NCBI GenBank assembly: GCA_002383495.1
Contig: DFZO01000029.1
Coordinates: 1,039 to 65,038, forward strand
Direction of reading: 5' to 3'
Length of the DNA: 64,000 bases
Source: Syntrophaceae bacterium UBA4054
GTDB taxonomy: Bacteria > Desulfobacterota > Syntrophia > Syntrophales > UBA4778
In this document: in pieces, positions 51,136 to 61,138 of the stretch
Layout of the letters: each line of letters begins with the position of its first letter
Position numbering within the stretch: position 1 is the stretch's first letter
Translations under genes and position numbers: made by a program
Notes under the pieces: model-generated
Database searches by the model: none
What the model saw: the letters and a program-made list of their open reading frames with translations, nothing else
Told to the model about the DNA's origin: nothing

Positions 51136-53790
51136 ATGACATTGGAAAAGAAGCCAGGAAGAGTTGAAACGATAGAGTGCTACGCAGGATCTCTTTACGA
51201 TTCCGGGCGGTTTTCCCTGAGCCGTTTCCTGGAGGGCGTGCTGTCGAGGGTCGAACTGGCCGAGGAGACAGTCGAAGAGCTGAAAAATCTTTCCACGAAA
51301 GGGGTCGTTGTATTTGCCCAGAAAAACGCGAGCCAGTTGAACGCCCTCATCCTCAGGAATGTCCTCACGAGAAAAGGTGTCGCCATTCCAGCGTATTGTC
51401 ATGCCATGAACATGGTTTTGTGGCAGCCCTTCGCGGCGGCTTTCAAGTGCGTTTTTTCCCGCCTGTTCAATCTGATCTTCAAAAAGAACAGCCTCAATCC
51501 TTTCAAGACAGAGTACCTCAAGCGGTTAACGCTGGGCAGGAAGATCTCCCTCATTTATCTCCGTGACTCGGAATTCCTGGGGAGCTCCTACGTCAAGGAT
51601 CCTCTCATCCAGCTCATTCACGCCCAGAAGGAGATGAATCTTCCCATATTCATCGTGCCCGTGGTCTTTTCATACGGCAAGAGAAGAGAAAAGAAGGACA
51701 AGACCATCGAAGAAATTCTTTTCGGCCAGGTGGAAAACCCGGATCCTTTGAGGAGAGTCATCACCTTCTTCCGTTATTCAAAAAAAGCCTCCGTGATTCT
51801 GGCGAGGCCGGTCAACCTTTCGGAGCACCTTGAAAACATGAACGCACGGTCCCACGAAAGCATCTCATACAACCTGCGAAGGGAACTCATCGACCGGATC
51901 AATGAAGAAAAGAGGGCGATCGTCGGCCCCGTGCTGAAATCGAGGGAGGAGATCATCGTAACTGTCCTGAGGGACGCCTACCTCGTCAAGGCCATGGAAG
52001 AACAGGCGATGGCGGAGAAGAAGGATTTCAAGCTGGTATTCAAGGAAGCCAGGAAATACCTGAGAGAGATCGCCGCCGACTACAAGGATTTCTATATTGA
52101 TATATGGGAGAAAATCCTCTCCTGGCTGTGGAACAACATTTACGACGGCTTGGTTCTGGACAAGGAGGGTCTCAGCCGGGTCAGGGACATTTCCAAGCGC
52201 ATGCCTTACGTCATCGTGCCCTGTCACAGGAGCCACATCGATTATCTCCTTCTCTCCTATGTCTTTGAGAAGAGCAGCATCCAGATTCCTTTCGTGGCGG
52301 CGGGGACAAACCTCATGTTCTGGCCGGCCGGTCCGATCTTCAGGAGATCGGGGGCCTTTTTTCTCCGCCGGAGTTTCAAGGGAAATGTCCTCTATGGCGA
52401 GGTCTTCGCGAAATACGTGAAGGTGCTTCTGAAGGAGGGGCTCCCCATTGAGTTTTTCATTGAAGGAGGCAGGAGCAGGACCGGGAAAATGGTCATGCCC
52501 AAGTACGGAATGCTTTCCATGATCATGCAGGCCTACCAGGAAGGAATCAGCAGCGACCTTGCCATCATCCCTGTTTTCATCGGCTATGACCGCGTCATGG
52601 AGGAAAAGTCCTACCTGGAAGAGCTTGGGGGCGCTTCGAAGACAAAAGAGACGGCCACGGACGTCATCCGCAGCGGCGGCGTCCTGAGAAAGCGGTACGG
52701 CCGAGTTTACGTCAATATCGGCGAGACGATCTTTCTCCAGTCCTATCTTGCTTCGCTGGAAAAGCCCCTCGACGACATGACCCTTCCCGAGCGGCAGAGT
52801 CTTTACAGAAAGATCGGTTATGAGATTGTCGGGGAAATCAACAAGGTATCCGTTGTAACCCCCTTCTCCCTTATCGCGGCGGGCCTTCTTTGCCATTACC
52901 GGAGGGGCATATCCCATGACGATCTGATGGATATCATCGATGACCTTTACGATTACCTCTCTTATCGGAAGGTGAAATTCGCCTCCACATTTGCCAACCG
53001 CGAAAAGGCCGTCGCCGACGCCCTTGCCCTTTTTGAATCCTCCGGCCTCATTTCCAAGATGGGCGTGGAAGAGGAAGATGAGGAAGAGGATGTCGAGGAG
53101 ATCGTTTATTCCCTGGACGACGACAAGCGGCTGAATCTGGAGTATTACAAGAACAACATTCTCCATTTCTTCGTGCCGCTCTCCTTCGTGGCGACCTCTA
53201 TTCTTTCAACGAGCGAAGACACGGTCTCTCTCTATCAGATCATGGAAGATTACAAGTTCTTCAAGAGACTCTTCAAAAACGAGTTCATATTTGACGACAA
53301 AACGGATGACGTGGATGAGGTCAACCACGTCCTCAATTATATGCATGACCGGGGCATGATTTCTGGAGAGGAGCGGGGCAGCGAGGCCTGGATCGAAGTG
53401 AGGGGGAAAGGACGGCTGAGCCTCAGGCCCTTTGCGGGTCTCATTCACAATTACATTGAATCCTACTGGGTGGTGATCCGCGGGTGCTCCTACATCAAGA
53501 AGCGCGCAAAGACGGAGCGGGACTTCAACAAGAAAATTCAGCAGCTCGGCACCCGGATGTACAAAAAGGGAGAAATCCTGAGAGCCGAGGCCCTCTCAAG
53601 TTCGAACTATCAAAGCGCCATGAAATTTCTAGGGGAATCGGAAGTCCTTTTCATGTCTCAGGACAATGAAAGAAAAGACCGGAAGGGTAAAAAGGAAAAG
53701 AAGGAGAGGAGAGAAATCCGGATCTGCACCCTGACCAGCGATAAAAGTAAAATCGAATCCCTCCGGCAGCGATTGTTCAAGTTCCTCTAA
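51136..53790 (+). CDS. plsB: glycerol-3-phosphate acyltransferase (PlsB-type)
   Basis: 884 aa. HxxxxD motif (VPCHRSHIDYLLLSYV) and FFIEGGRSRTGKM block. Confidence 0.85.
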   Translation: MTLEKKPGRVETIECYAGSLYDSGRFSLSRFLEGVLSRVELAEETVEELKNLSTKGVVVFAQKNASQLNALILRNVLTRKGVAIPAYCHAMNMVLWQPFAAAFKCVFSRLFNLIFKKNSLNPFKTEYLKRLTLGRKISLIYLRDSEFLGSSYVKDPLIQLIHAQKEMNLPIFIVPVVFSYGKRREKKDKTIEEILFGQVENPDPLRRVITFFRYSKKASVILARPVNLSEHLENMNARSHESISYNLRRELIDRINEEKRAIVGPVLKSREEIIVTVLRDAYLVKAMEEQAMAEKKDFKLVFKEARKYLREIAADYKDFYIDIWEKILSWLWNNIYDGLVLDKEGLSRVRDISKRMPYVIVPCHRSHIDYLLLSYVFEKSSIQIPFVAAGTNLMFWPAGPIFRRSGAFFLRRSFKGNVLYGEVFAKYVKVLLKEGLPIEFFIEGGRSRTGKMVMPKYGMLSMIMQAYQEGISSDLAIIPVFIGYDRVMEEKSYLEELGGASKTKETATDVIRSGGVLRKRYGRVYVNIGETIFLQSYLASLEKPLDDMTLPERQSLYRKIGYEIVGEINKVSVVTPFSLIAAGLLCHYRRGISHDDLMDIIDDLYDYLSYRKVKFASTFANREKAVADALALFESSGLISKMGVEEEDEEEDVEEIVYSLDDDKRLNLEYYKNNILHFFVPLSFVATSILSTSEDTVSLYQIMEDYKFFKRLFKNEFIFDDKTDDVDEVNHVLNYMHDRGMISGEERGSEAWIEVRGKGRLSLRPFAGLIHNYIESYWVVIRGCSYIKKRAKTERDFNKKIQQLGTRMYKKGEILRAEALSSSNYQSAMKFLGESEVLFMSQDNERKDRKGKKEKKERREIRICTLTSDKSKIESLRQRLFKFL

Positions 53791-53897
53791 TCCCGTTTCA
53801 AGAGTCTTGAGTCTCATTGTTCCTGTGGAAAGCAAGAGCCTGATTGTATCGGATGAATCCATGGGATTTCACGACATGACAAATAGACGTTTCCCAT

Positions 53898-55121
53898 TTA
53901 GATATTCTTGCCCCATTTCAGAGCGTTCGCCTGGATGCTAAGCTGTCTGTCGGGGCGTATCAGCTCCGTGCCGGAGACATGAAATGGCCAGTAGACCAGT
54001 CCGGATTTTTTCATTGCAAAACGGAGAGAGGGGAACGTCACCGCCATGTCTTTTTTGGAGACGGCACTGTGGGCGAGGATCATTCGCAGGGTTTCAAAAG
54101 ACTCTTTCAAAGGCAGCGTCACCGGATAGAGGGAACCACCGGGAAGATCGCTTTTCAGGGAAGGAATGATTGCCTGAAACGTCATCCGCTGTGATATCCT
54201 CAGATAGAGCTCCGGATTGATCTTGAAGGCCGGCGTCAACCAGCAAAAAGGAAGTTCCTCCCATTCCCTCTTTATGGCCTTCGGCCAATTGAAGAATCGG
54301 ACAGCATCGGCGTAGGAGTCCAGCCGAATTCCTTTTATCTCCGCTTCCATTTTCCAGAAGGGCAGGTACAGGAGAGAGTCTTCTTCCAGGGGGAGAAAAG
54401 AGCAGGGAACTTTTTCGAATCCCTTCCTCGAAGCGCCCCAGGCCGAGCGGCAGTTTCCGCAGGTGAGGACGACGCTTTCCGGATCACCGTCCATGTCCCA
54501 TCCGCAGTCCGGACAGAGGGATGGAATAAAGCTCATCGTTCCCTTCGCTTTTCCCCGGTTGCCGATGAGTGCCCCGCTGACCGCCTCAGGCAGGACCGCC
54601 ATCTTTTCCCGAAGAATCCCGTCGTATGCGGCACGGTCTTTGACATAGATGGGGGAGAAAATCATGCTCACGCTTTCTCCGACGAATGTTTTTTCAGAAA
54701 GCAGCGGCGTTTCCGGATTGAATGGGTCTTCAATGGTTGAAAGAATGTCGCCGGGAGAACAGGCGGGTTCTATAAAGGAACCCCTGATCTCCGGGGAAAC
54801 GAACCTGAGTCTCAATGTCTGGGATCTCAATCCGAGAGAGGAGGGCAGAAAATCCAGCATCGCCGCGTTGTGACTCACATCGACAAGTCCGGTGTGAACA
54901 GAGGCCCCGTCATAGGAAAAAAACATCCCCTTCAGGCGCCAGTAGGGGACGAAAATCGCTTCTTCCGTGCCGGGGGCTGTGGGGCTTAAGAAATACCGGA
55001 AATAATCATCGACGGTGATGAAAAGCTTCACCCGGCAGAAGGGACAGGTGAAGAGGCGTTGCGTTTCCTCGAGGCAGGTATCTGCGCCGCACTGCGGGCA
55101 TTGGTTTTCTATCCGCCACAT
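53898..55121 (-). CDS. hypothetical protein with two zinc-ribbon modules (internal duplication)
   Basis: CPQCGADTCLEETQRLFTCPFCRV...FVPYWRLKG in the N-half and CPDCGWDMDGDPESVVLTCGNCRS...YLPFWKMEA in the C-half. Confidence 0.6.
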   Translation of the reverse strand: MWRIENQCPQCGADTCLEETQRLFTCPFCRVKLFITVDDYFRYFLSPTAPGTEEAIFVPYWRLKGMFFSYDGASVHTGLVDVSHNAAMLDFLPSSLGLRSQTLRLRFVSPEIRGSFIEPACSPGDILSTIEDPFNPETPLLSEKTFVGESVSMIFSPIYVKDRAAYDGILREKMAVLPEAVSGALIGNRGKAKGTMSFIPSLCPDCGWDMDGDPESVVLTCGNCRSAWGASRKGFEKVPCSFLPLEEDSLLYLPFWKMEAEIKGIRLDSYADAVRFFNWPKAIKREWEELPFCWLTPAFKINPELYLRISQRMTFQAIIPSLKSDLPGGSLYPVTLPLKESFETLRMILAHSAVSKKDMAVTFPSLRFAMKKSGLVYWPFHVSGTELIRPDRQLSIQANALKWGKNI

Positions 55122-55155
55122 AATGTTTTCGAGAGGGTGTAAAAAATGTTATTCG

Positions 55156-55308
55156 CAGGCTGTTTAAAAATGTCCAGATGCAAGGCGTCCTTCGACAGGC
55201 TCAGGACAGGCTCTATAATATGTCATGGTGAGTTGTCACAGTGAGCTTGTCGAACTGCGAACCATGCAGTGCAGCGTAACGCAGCAGATGGGCGTTTCAA
55301 ACAGCCTG
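55156..55308 (+). mobile_element. MITE-like repeat, copy C (153 bp, right half diverged)
   Basis: CAGGCTGTTTAAAAATG ... CGTTTCAAACAGCCTG termini. The first ~60 nt are nearly identical to copy B. It abuts the stop codon of the SPFH gene. Confidence 0.65.
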
Positions 55309-56433
55309 CTACAGTTTGCTGCCGCAACTATTGCAGTACGTCGCGTTCGGCATGTTATCGGTGCCGCAGGCCGCGCATTTTCTGGGTTCCGGCTTTTTTT
55401 CCACCGGCTGGCCGCAGGCAGAACAGAATCGTGCCTGCGCGGGGAGATTTTTCCCGCAGGACGGGCATTTCTGTAAAACCAGTATCTGATGACCGCAATA
55501 GGGACAGAACCGGGAATCGTCGGGGATCGACTGCCTGCAGTCCGGGCATCCGATCACGGATTCCTTTCGCTGCTGCTCCGTCACGCCCTGTTTCAGGGAC
55601 TCCGCGAACATGGCCGGGATCATGAATCCGAGGCCCATGCCCATTCCCGCGCCAGCCTCTCCCTGGGTTTCCGATGCCTTTTCCATGGCCATGGCGGCCT
55701 TCAGTTTCAGAAGGCGGTTCAGATCGTCAAACACGCCGAGCCGGCTCTTGTCGTCGATCGCTTTCTGGACATCGGGCGGCGGCGTGATGGAGTTGATGAA
55801 AAGCTGTGTCAGGCCCAGGCCGAAACGGCTGAAGTCTTCCGCGAGGCGATTCAGAAGACCCTCGGCAAGCTTGTCATATTGTCCGGGCAGGTTTAGAATT
55901 GAGTCGAGATTTTCCCCCATGTAATCGTTGAACCGGGAAACAATGGCACGGTTCAGGTATTCCTCAATTTCGCCGATTTTATAAATACCCTGTGTCCCGA
56001 CGAGACTGTTGATGAACAGAACAGGCTGCGTCACCCGGAGGTTGAAAACACCAAAAGCCCTCAGGCGTATCAGGCCCAGCTCGGAGTCTTTGAAGGCCAC
56101 GGGATCCCGGGTTCCCCAGGTCAGGTTGGGAAATATTTTCATGTTAACCATTAAGACTTCCGCCCGGAGCGGACTGGTCATCCCCCAGGGAATGCTCAGG
56201 ATTTTCGTCAGAATGGGAATGTTTGCCGTTGTCAGGGTGCGGCGGCCCGGACCGATGGCGTCGTAAGCCCGGCCGTTGTAGAAAAATACGGCGGCCTGAC
56301 TTTCCCTGACAATCAGCTGAGCCCCCCATTTAATTTCCCCCGAACCCCTCTCGGGGATTCGATGGGCAACCTCTTTCCCCGTTTCATCGAACCATTCAAT
56401 GACCTCCAGAAAAATCACATTATCTGTTCCCAT
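55309..56433 (-). CDS. SPFH/band-7 domain protein (COG4260 YdjI-like) with C-terminal multiple zinc ribbons
   Basis: N-terminal FLEVIEWFDETG...IKWGAQLIVRESQAAVFFYNGR pattern with an SPFH core. The C-terminus carries three CxxC...CxxC ribbons (CPDCRQ..CPYCG, CPSCGK..CSACG, CAACGT..CNSCG). Confidence 0.75.
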   Translation of the reverse strand: MGTDNVIFLEVIEWFDETGKEVAHRIPERGSGEIKWGAQLIVRESQAAVFFYNGRAYDAIGPGRRTLTTANIPILTKILSIPWGMTSPLRAEVLMVNMKIFPNLTWGTRDPVAFKDSELGLIRLRAFGVFNLRVTQPVLFINSLVGTQGIYKIGEIEEYLNRAIVSRFNDYMGENLDSILNLPGQYDKLAEGLLNRLAEDFSRFGLGLTQLFINSITPPPDVQKAIDDKSRLGVFDDLNRLLKLKAAMAMEKASETQGEAGAGMGMGLGFMIPAMFAESLKQGVTEQQRKESVIGCPDCRQSIPDDSRFCPYCGHQILVLQKCPSCGKNLPAQARFCSACGQPVEKKPEPRKCAACGTDNMPNATYCNSCGSKL

Positions 56434-56563
56434 CGCTCTGAAACCTCTCTCTGTTTTTATTCATTCTTTCATTTGAAAGCTTTGCACAATGACAAAGAGG
56501 ATAAATTTGTCATGCCGGGCCTGATAAGCCTGCCCCGGCAGGTCGTAAGCCGGGGGTATCCAC

Positions 56564-56612
56564 CCTTCGACAGGGTGACAAACGGATGTCATGGTGAGCT
56601 TGTCGAACCATG
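56564..56612 (+). repeat. partial MITE core copy D
   Basis: CCTTCGACAGGGTGACAAACGGATGTCATGGTGAGCTTGTCGAACCATG matches the central hairpin of copies A-C. Confidence 0.55.
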
Positions 56613-56622
56613 GATTCTTGGC

Positions 56623-57855
56623 TCAGTCGTCGGAATACCGCTGCTGGGTCTGGCGGATGGAGTCGAGGCAGGAGAAGAAGACCTGGATGAGCTCCGGATC
56701 AAACTGCTTTCCCGATTCCTCTTCCATGATTCTGAGTGCCTGCGATTCGTCCCAGGCCTCCTTGTACGAGCGTTTGGACGAGAGGGCGTCAAAGACATCG
56801 GCGATGGCCACAATCCTCCCGAAGAGGGGGATCTCCTCGCCCTTCTTTCCCAGGGACCTGCCGCCGGGTCCGGTCTTCCCTTCCAGCGGCCTGCCCGTGA
56901 GGACATCCACGTGACCGGGATAACCCCGCCCGTCCCAGCGTTCATGGTGACTCAATGAGACGGCGAAGGCGGCGCCGTCGAATTCGGAACGCTGGTCGGC
57001 GAAGATCCTCGCCCCTTCAAGGGTGTGGGACTTCATCACCTCGTATTCTTCGTCGCTGAGTTTTCCGGCTTTTTTGAGGATGTTATCCGAGATGGACACC
57101 TTGCCCGCGTCATGGAGCATGGCCGCCATTCGAAGGATATCCCTGTTTGTGTCGATCTCCTGCTGGGGAATTCCCTTCTGCTTCGCCCACTTTTCATAGA
57201 TTTCCGTGGCGATGCCGGCGACGCGGTTGACGTGGGAGCCGGTCTCCTTGGGGTCTCTCATCTCCGCCATGCGGATGGTGCGGAGAATGAGGCTTCTCAT
57301 GAGCTGGGCCCTTTCCAGGGCCACCGTCGCCATGCTCGCGAAGTGCAGCATCATCCGCTCATCCGCTTTCGAGAAGGCTCTTATTTTCTTTTCGCCGTCC
57401 TGGGAGTTGATGATCTGGAGGACCCCGATGGTTTCCCCCTGCTGGGTCTTGAGGGGGATGGTCAGCATGGACCGCGTTCTGTATCCCGAAGCTTCGTCGA
57501 ACTTCTTGTTAAAACAGTATGGCAGCGTCGGGTCCATGCGCCAGGCATCGGGAATGTTCAACGCCCGTCCCTCCGCCGCGACGAAGCCCGCGATGCTGTT
57601 TTTATCGATGGGGATGCTGAAGGTGGAATAGATGAGTTTTGAACCTGGCGGCAACCGGTTCTGAAGCGTGGCGTTCTGCGTGTAATTGAATACGAGCCGG
57701 TTTCCTTCCCGGATGTAGATGGACCCCGCGTCCGCATTGACGAAGAAACGGGCCCCGGTCAGAATGTGCTCCATGAGGATGTCGAGGTCCTTGATCCGGC
57801 TCAGCTCGATGCTGATATTGATGAGGGCGTCTATTTTCTGGCTTTCCGTGAGCAT
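56623..57855 (-). CDS. GAF-domain HD-GYP protein (probable c-di-GMP phosphodiesterase)
   Basis: 410 aa. GAF sensor, HD motif (MLHDAGK) and HHERWDGRGYPG. Confidence 0.88.
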   Translation of the reverse strand: MLTESQKIDALINISIELSRIKDLDILMEHILTGARFFVNADAGSIYIREGNRLVFNYTQNATLQNRLPPGSKLIYSTFSIPIDKNSIAGFVAAEGRALNIPDAWRMDPTLPYCFNKKFDEASGYRTRSMLTIPLKTQQGETIGVLQIINSQDGEKKIRAFSKADERMMLHFASMATVALERAQLMRSLILRTIRMAEMRDPKETGSHVNRVAGIATEIYEKWAKQKGIPQQEIDTNRDILRMAAMLHDAGKVSISDNILKKAGKLSDEEYEVMKSHTLEGARIFADQRSEFDGAAFAVSLSHHERWDGRGYPGHVDVLTGRPLEGKTGPGGRSLGKKGEEIPLFGRIVAIADVFDALSSKRSYKEAWDESQALRIMEEESGKQFDPELIQVFFSCLDSIRQTQQRYSDD

Positions 57856-57918
57856 GTGTTCCTCGACCTGAGACAGGTCATCCCTGCCGTCCTGCCTCTT
57901 TCTGTTTCAAAAAAGGTT

Positions 57919-59223
57919 TTAACCTGTTTTTCTGCCCCGGCGGATGCTGTAGAAAGCGGACATTCCCCGCCAGACCGCCGTATCGCCGAGTTCCTCCTCG
58001 ATCCTCAGAAGCTGGTTGTATTTGGCCAGACGCTCGCTCCTCGATACGGAACCGCTTTTGATCTGCCCGCAGTTCATGGCCACGGCGATGTCCGCGATGG
58101 AGCTGTCCTCCGTCTCGCCGGAGCGATGAGAGACAACGGTCGTGTAACCGGCTTCCTTCGCGCACTGGATGGTCTCCAGAGTCTCGGTCAGGGTGCCGAT
58201 CTGGTTCACCTTGATGAGAATGGAATTCGCCACGCCGAGTGAAATTCCCTTTTCCAGTCTTTGCTTGCTGGTGACGAAGATATCGTCGCCCACGATCTGG
58301 ATCTTCGAGCCCAGTTCATCCGTGAGAAGTTTCCATCCGTTCCAGTCGTCTTCCGCGAGACCGTCTTCAATGGAAATGATGGGATAGTTTTTGACAAGAT
58401 GACTGTAAAAGGCCACCATCTCTTCCGCCGTTTTTTTCGGTTTCTTTTCCGCCGCGAGAATGTACTTCCCCTTTTCGTAAAAGGAGCTTGCTGCCGGGTC
58501 CAGGGCAATGAAAATGTCCTTACCCGGTCTGTAATCGGCCGCTCGAATGGCTTCCATGATGAGGATCAGGGCCTCCTCATTCGACTTGAGGTTCGGGGCA
58601 AAGCCTCCCTCGTCACCCACGGCGGTATTGTAGCCTTTCTTCTTGAGAACAGATTTCAGGCTGTGAAAAACCTCGCTGGCCATGCGCAGGCCTTCCCTGA
58701 AATTCTTTGCTCCCGCGGGCATCACCATGAATTCCTGAAGGTCCACATTGTTGTCCGCGTGCTGACCGCCGTTCAGAATATTCACCATGGGTATGGGCAT
58801 GTCCTTGGCGGCAAGGCCTCCGATATAACGGAAGAGCGACATCCCGTAGCGTTCCGAGGCGGCTCTCGCGCAGGCCAGGGAGACGCCGAGGATGGCGTTG
58901 GCGCCCAGGTTCCGCTTGTTATCGGTGCCGTCCATTTCAATCATCATGCGATCGATTTTCCTCTGCATGAAGCAATCCATGCCGATCAGCTCAGGCCTGA
59001 TTTTCTGGTGGATGTTTAGAATGGCCTTCTGCACGCCGAGGCCGCGGTATCTTTTGGGATTCCCGTCGCGGAGCTCCAGCGTTTCGTGTTCACCTGTCGA
59101 TGCTCCGGAGGGCACGGACGCTCTCCCGATGATTCCGGATATCAGCGCGACTTCAACCTCCACCGTGGGATTTCCTCTCGAGTCCAGGATCTCTCTTGCC
59201 TGGACGTGGATAATCTCGCTCAT
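57919..59223 (-). CDS. eno: enolase
   Basis: [26 protein letters not shown]-terminus and SHRSGETED motif. Confidence 0.96.
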   Translation of the reverse strand: MSEIIHVQAREILDSRGNPTVEVEVALISGIIGRASVPSGASTGEHETLELRDGNPKRYRGLGVQKAILNIHQKIRPELIGMDCFMQRKIDRMMIEMDGTDNKRNLGANAILGVSLACARAASERYGMSLFRYIGGLAAKDMPIPMVNILNGGQHADNNVDLQEFMVMPAGAKNFREGLRMASEVFHSLKSVLKKKGYNTAVGDEGGFAPNLKSNEEALILIMEAIRAADYRPGKDIFIALDPAASSFYEKGKYILAAEKKPKKTAEEMVAFYSHLVKNYPIISIEDGLAEDDWNGWKLLTDELGSKIQIVGDDIFVTSKQRLEKGISLGVANSILIKVNQIGTLTETLETIQCAKEAGYTTVVSHRSGETEDSSIADIAVAMNCGQIKSGSVSRSERLAKYNQLLRIEEELGDTAVWRGMSAFYSIRRGRKTG

Positions 59224-59390
59224 AAGGCCTCCTTCACATGATGATAATTTATCGGATCAGCACTGCCTTCCTATTAGCTCAATACGGGGGATTTTTCAAG
59301 ACGATTGTCGAGTGAGCAGGAGAGAAGCGCAAAAGCATTCCGAAAGTTGCTTGCCAAGACCGAACGCATCAAGTAGGATAACAAAGCTAG

Positions 59391-59420
59391 GCATTAGGCA
59401 TCGGACATCAGGCTTCAGGC
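59391..59420 (+). repeat. heptamer array GCATTAG GCATCGG ACATCAG GCTTCAG
   Basis: Same unit family and order as 41888-41916. Confidence 0.6.
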
Positions 59421-59435
59421 GCCGGAATACTCAAT

Positions 59436-59500
59436 CTGTCACCCTGAGCTTGTCGAAGGGCTCAGGATAAACTCCGGCGGGAATCCAGTTTTTTACAAGG
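59436..59500 (+). repeat. internally deleted MITE derivative, copy E
   Basis: CTGTCACCCTGAGCTTGTCGAAGGGCTCAGGATAAACTCCGGCGGGAATCCAGTTTTTTACAAGG aligns with the right half of copy B, with the middle segment missing. Confidence 0.55.
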
Positions 59501-59516
59501 TGATGTTTTACCCGTC

Positions 59517-60347
59517 ATGAGTCAAAAGACAAAAATAAACCCTTTCCCGGTTTCCGGGAAGATTGAAAAAGTCAGACCATCCGTGGTGAAAGAGAAGGGA
59601 TCGAGGCTTTTTCTCCACCTCAAGAAATGGCTGGAGATCGCCTGCATGGACTACGGAATGCTGGAGGCGGGCGACCATGTCCTCGTCGGTGTCTCCGGCG
59701 GCATGGACAGCCTGGTTCTCCTCGATCTCCTGAATTCGCCGATGGTTCATATCCGATCCGATTTTTCACTGCTCGCCGTGAACATCGACATGGGGTTCGA
59801 CCCGGATTTCAGGGGTTACAGGGCGCTCGAACAATTTCTGAAAGAGGGCGGCTATGATTGCGTGATGGAAAAAACGGACATCGGCCCGCTGTCCCACAGC
59901 GATTACAACAGGAAAAACCCCTGTTTCCTCTGCTCCCGGCTCAGGCGGAAGCGCATTTTCGAAATCGCCGCGGAACGGGGCTGCAACAAGATCGCGCTGG
60001 CCCATCACAAGGACGACATCATCGAGACGCTTCTCATCAACATATTCTATGGACGGGAGATCAGTACCATGATGCCGAACCAGTCCATCTTCGGGGGGAA
60101 GCTCCATATCATTCGTCCGCTCGCCTTCATCCGGGAGGATCTTGTGAAAAAGTACGGCAGGGAGCGGGGCTTCCCCATCATTGAAAACCCCTGCCCGACA
60201 AGCGGGATGTCGAGACGGGTGATCGTAAAAAAATTGATCCGGGAACTGGAAAAGGACAACAAGAATGTTCGCGAGAACATCTTCAAGGCTATGCATCACG
60301 TGAAGCCGGATTATCTTCCCGGGGCGTCCTTGTCGATACGAAAATAA
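59517..60347 (+). CDS. ttcA: tRNA 2-thiocytidine biosynthesis protein TtcA-like PP-loop ATPase
   Basis: SGGMDS PP-loop, CFLCSRLRR motif, ALAHHKDDIIETLL block. Confidence 0.82.
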   Translation: MSQKTKINPFPVSGKIEKVRPSVVKEKGSRLFLHLKKWLEIACMDYGMLEAGDHVLVGVSGGMDSLVLLDLLNSPMVHIRSDFSLLAVNIDMGFDPDFRGYRALEQFLKEGGYDCVMEKTDIGPLSHSDYNRKNPCFLCSRLRRKRIFEIAAERGCNKIALAHHKDDIIETLLINIFYGREISTMMPNQSIFGGKLHIIRPLAFIREDLVKKYGRERGFPIIENPCPTSGMSRRVIVKKLIRELEKDNKNVRENIFKAMHHVKPDYLPGASLSIRK

Positions 60348-60390
60348 CCCGGTTCTTTTGCGGATGGAACTCATATTGCCCCCTCCCTTG

Positions 60391-60476
60391 TATTCCCTCC
60401 CGCGCGGGGAGAGAATAATGATGTACAACTGAAACATTGTTTACATGATGGAGCCCTCTCCCTTGACGGGAGAGGG
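60391..60476. repeat. pair of GC-rich REP-like hairpins
   Basis: Hairpin 1 is TATTCCCTCCC-GCGC-GGGGAGAGAATA (60391-60417). Hairpin 2 is CCCTCTCCC-TTGAC-GGGAGAGGG (60454-60476), followed by TAGGGGTGAGGGTGG. Confidence 0.55.
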
Positions 60477-60548
60477 TAGGGGTGAGGGTGGCTCCGGCGG
60501 GATCCTGAGTAAAAGGTAAAGAGAATATAAAGTCTATAGAGGGACGTC

Positions 60549-61019
60549 GTGGCAAAAAAGCAGTCGGGTGAAAAAGTAATCGCCCAGAACAAGACGGCGA
60601 GGGTCAACTACTTTGTCGAAGAGACCCTTGAGGCGGGACTTGTTCTCCTGGGGACGGAGGTCAAAGCCCTGAGGGAGGGAAAGGCGAACATGAAAGACTG
60701 TTATGCCGTTGTCAGGGAAGGGGAGGTCTTTGTCCACGACATGCACATCGGCCCGTACTCCCATGCCAACCGCATGAACCACGAACCCCTCCGGGTGAGA
60801 AAACTCCTCCTTAACGCGAGGGAAATAAAGAGACTTTACGGTAAATCGCGGGAAAAGGGTCTGGCCCTGATCCCGCTCAGGCTCTACTTCAGAAAAGGCA
60901 GGGTGAAAATGGAGCTCGGTGTCGCGAAGGGCAAGAGACTCTATGACAAACGGGAAAGCCTCAAGATCAAGGCGGATAAAAGAGAAATGGAGAGAGGTCT
61001 CCGCGGAAAGGACCGTTGA
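60549..61019 (+). CDS. smpB: SsrA-binding protein
   Basis: 156 aa. [35 protein letters not shown] pattern. GTG start. Confidence 0.93.
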   Translation: MAKKQSGEKVIAQNKTARVNYFVEETLEAGLVLLGTEVKALREGKANMKDCYAVVREGEVFVHDMHIGPYSHANRMNHEPLRVRKLLLNAREIKRLYGKSREKGLALIPLRLYFRKGRVKMELGVAKGKRLYDKRESLKIKADKREMERGLRGKDR

Positions 61020-61138
61020 ACAAATCAGCGAGGTTTATCCTTTTCTGCTGAAGGATCGTTTGAGGCGGGGACACAAGAGGTTCACGAGTGGGGGTGCTTT
61101 GAGCAAATGGCAGCATCGAATGCCGGGACACTGATGAT

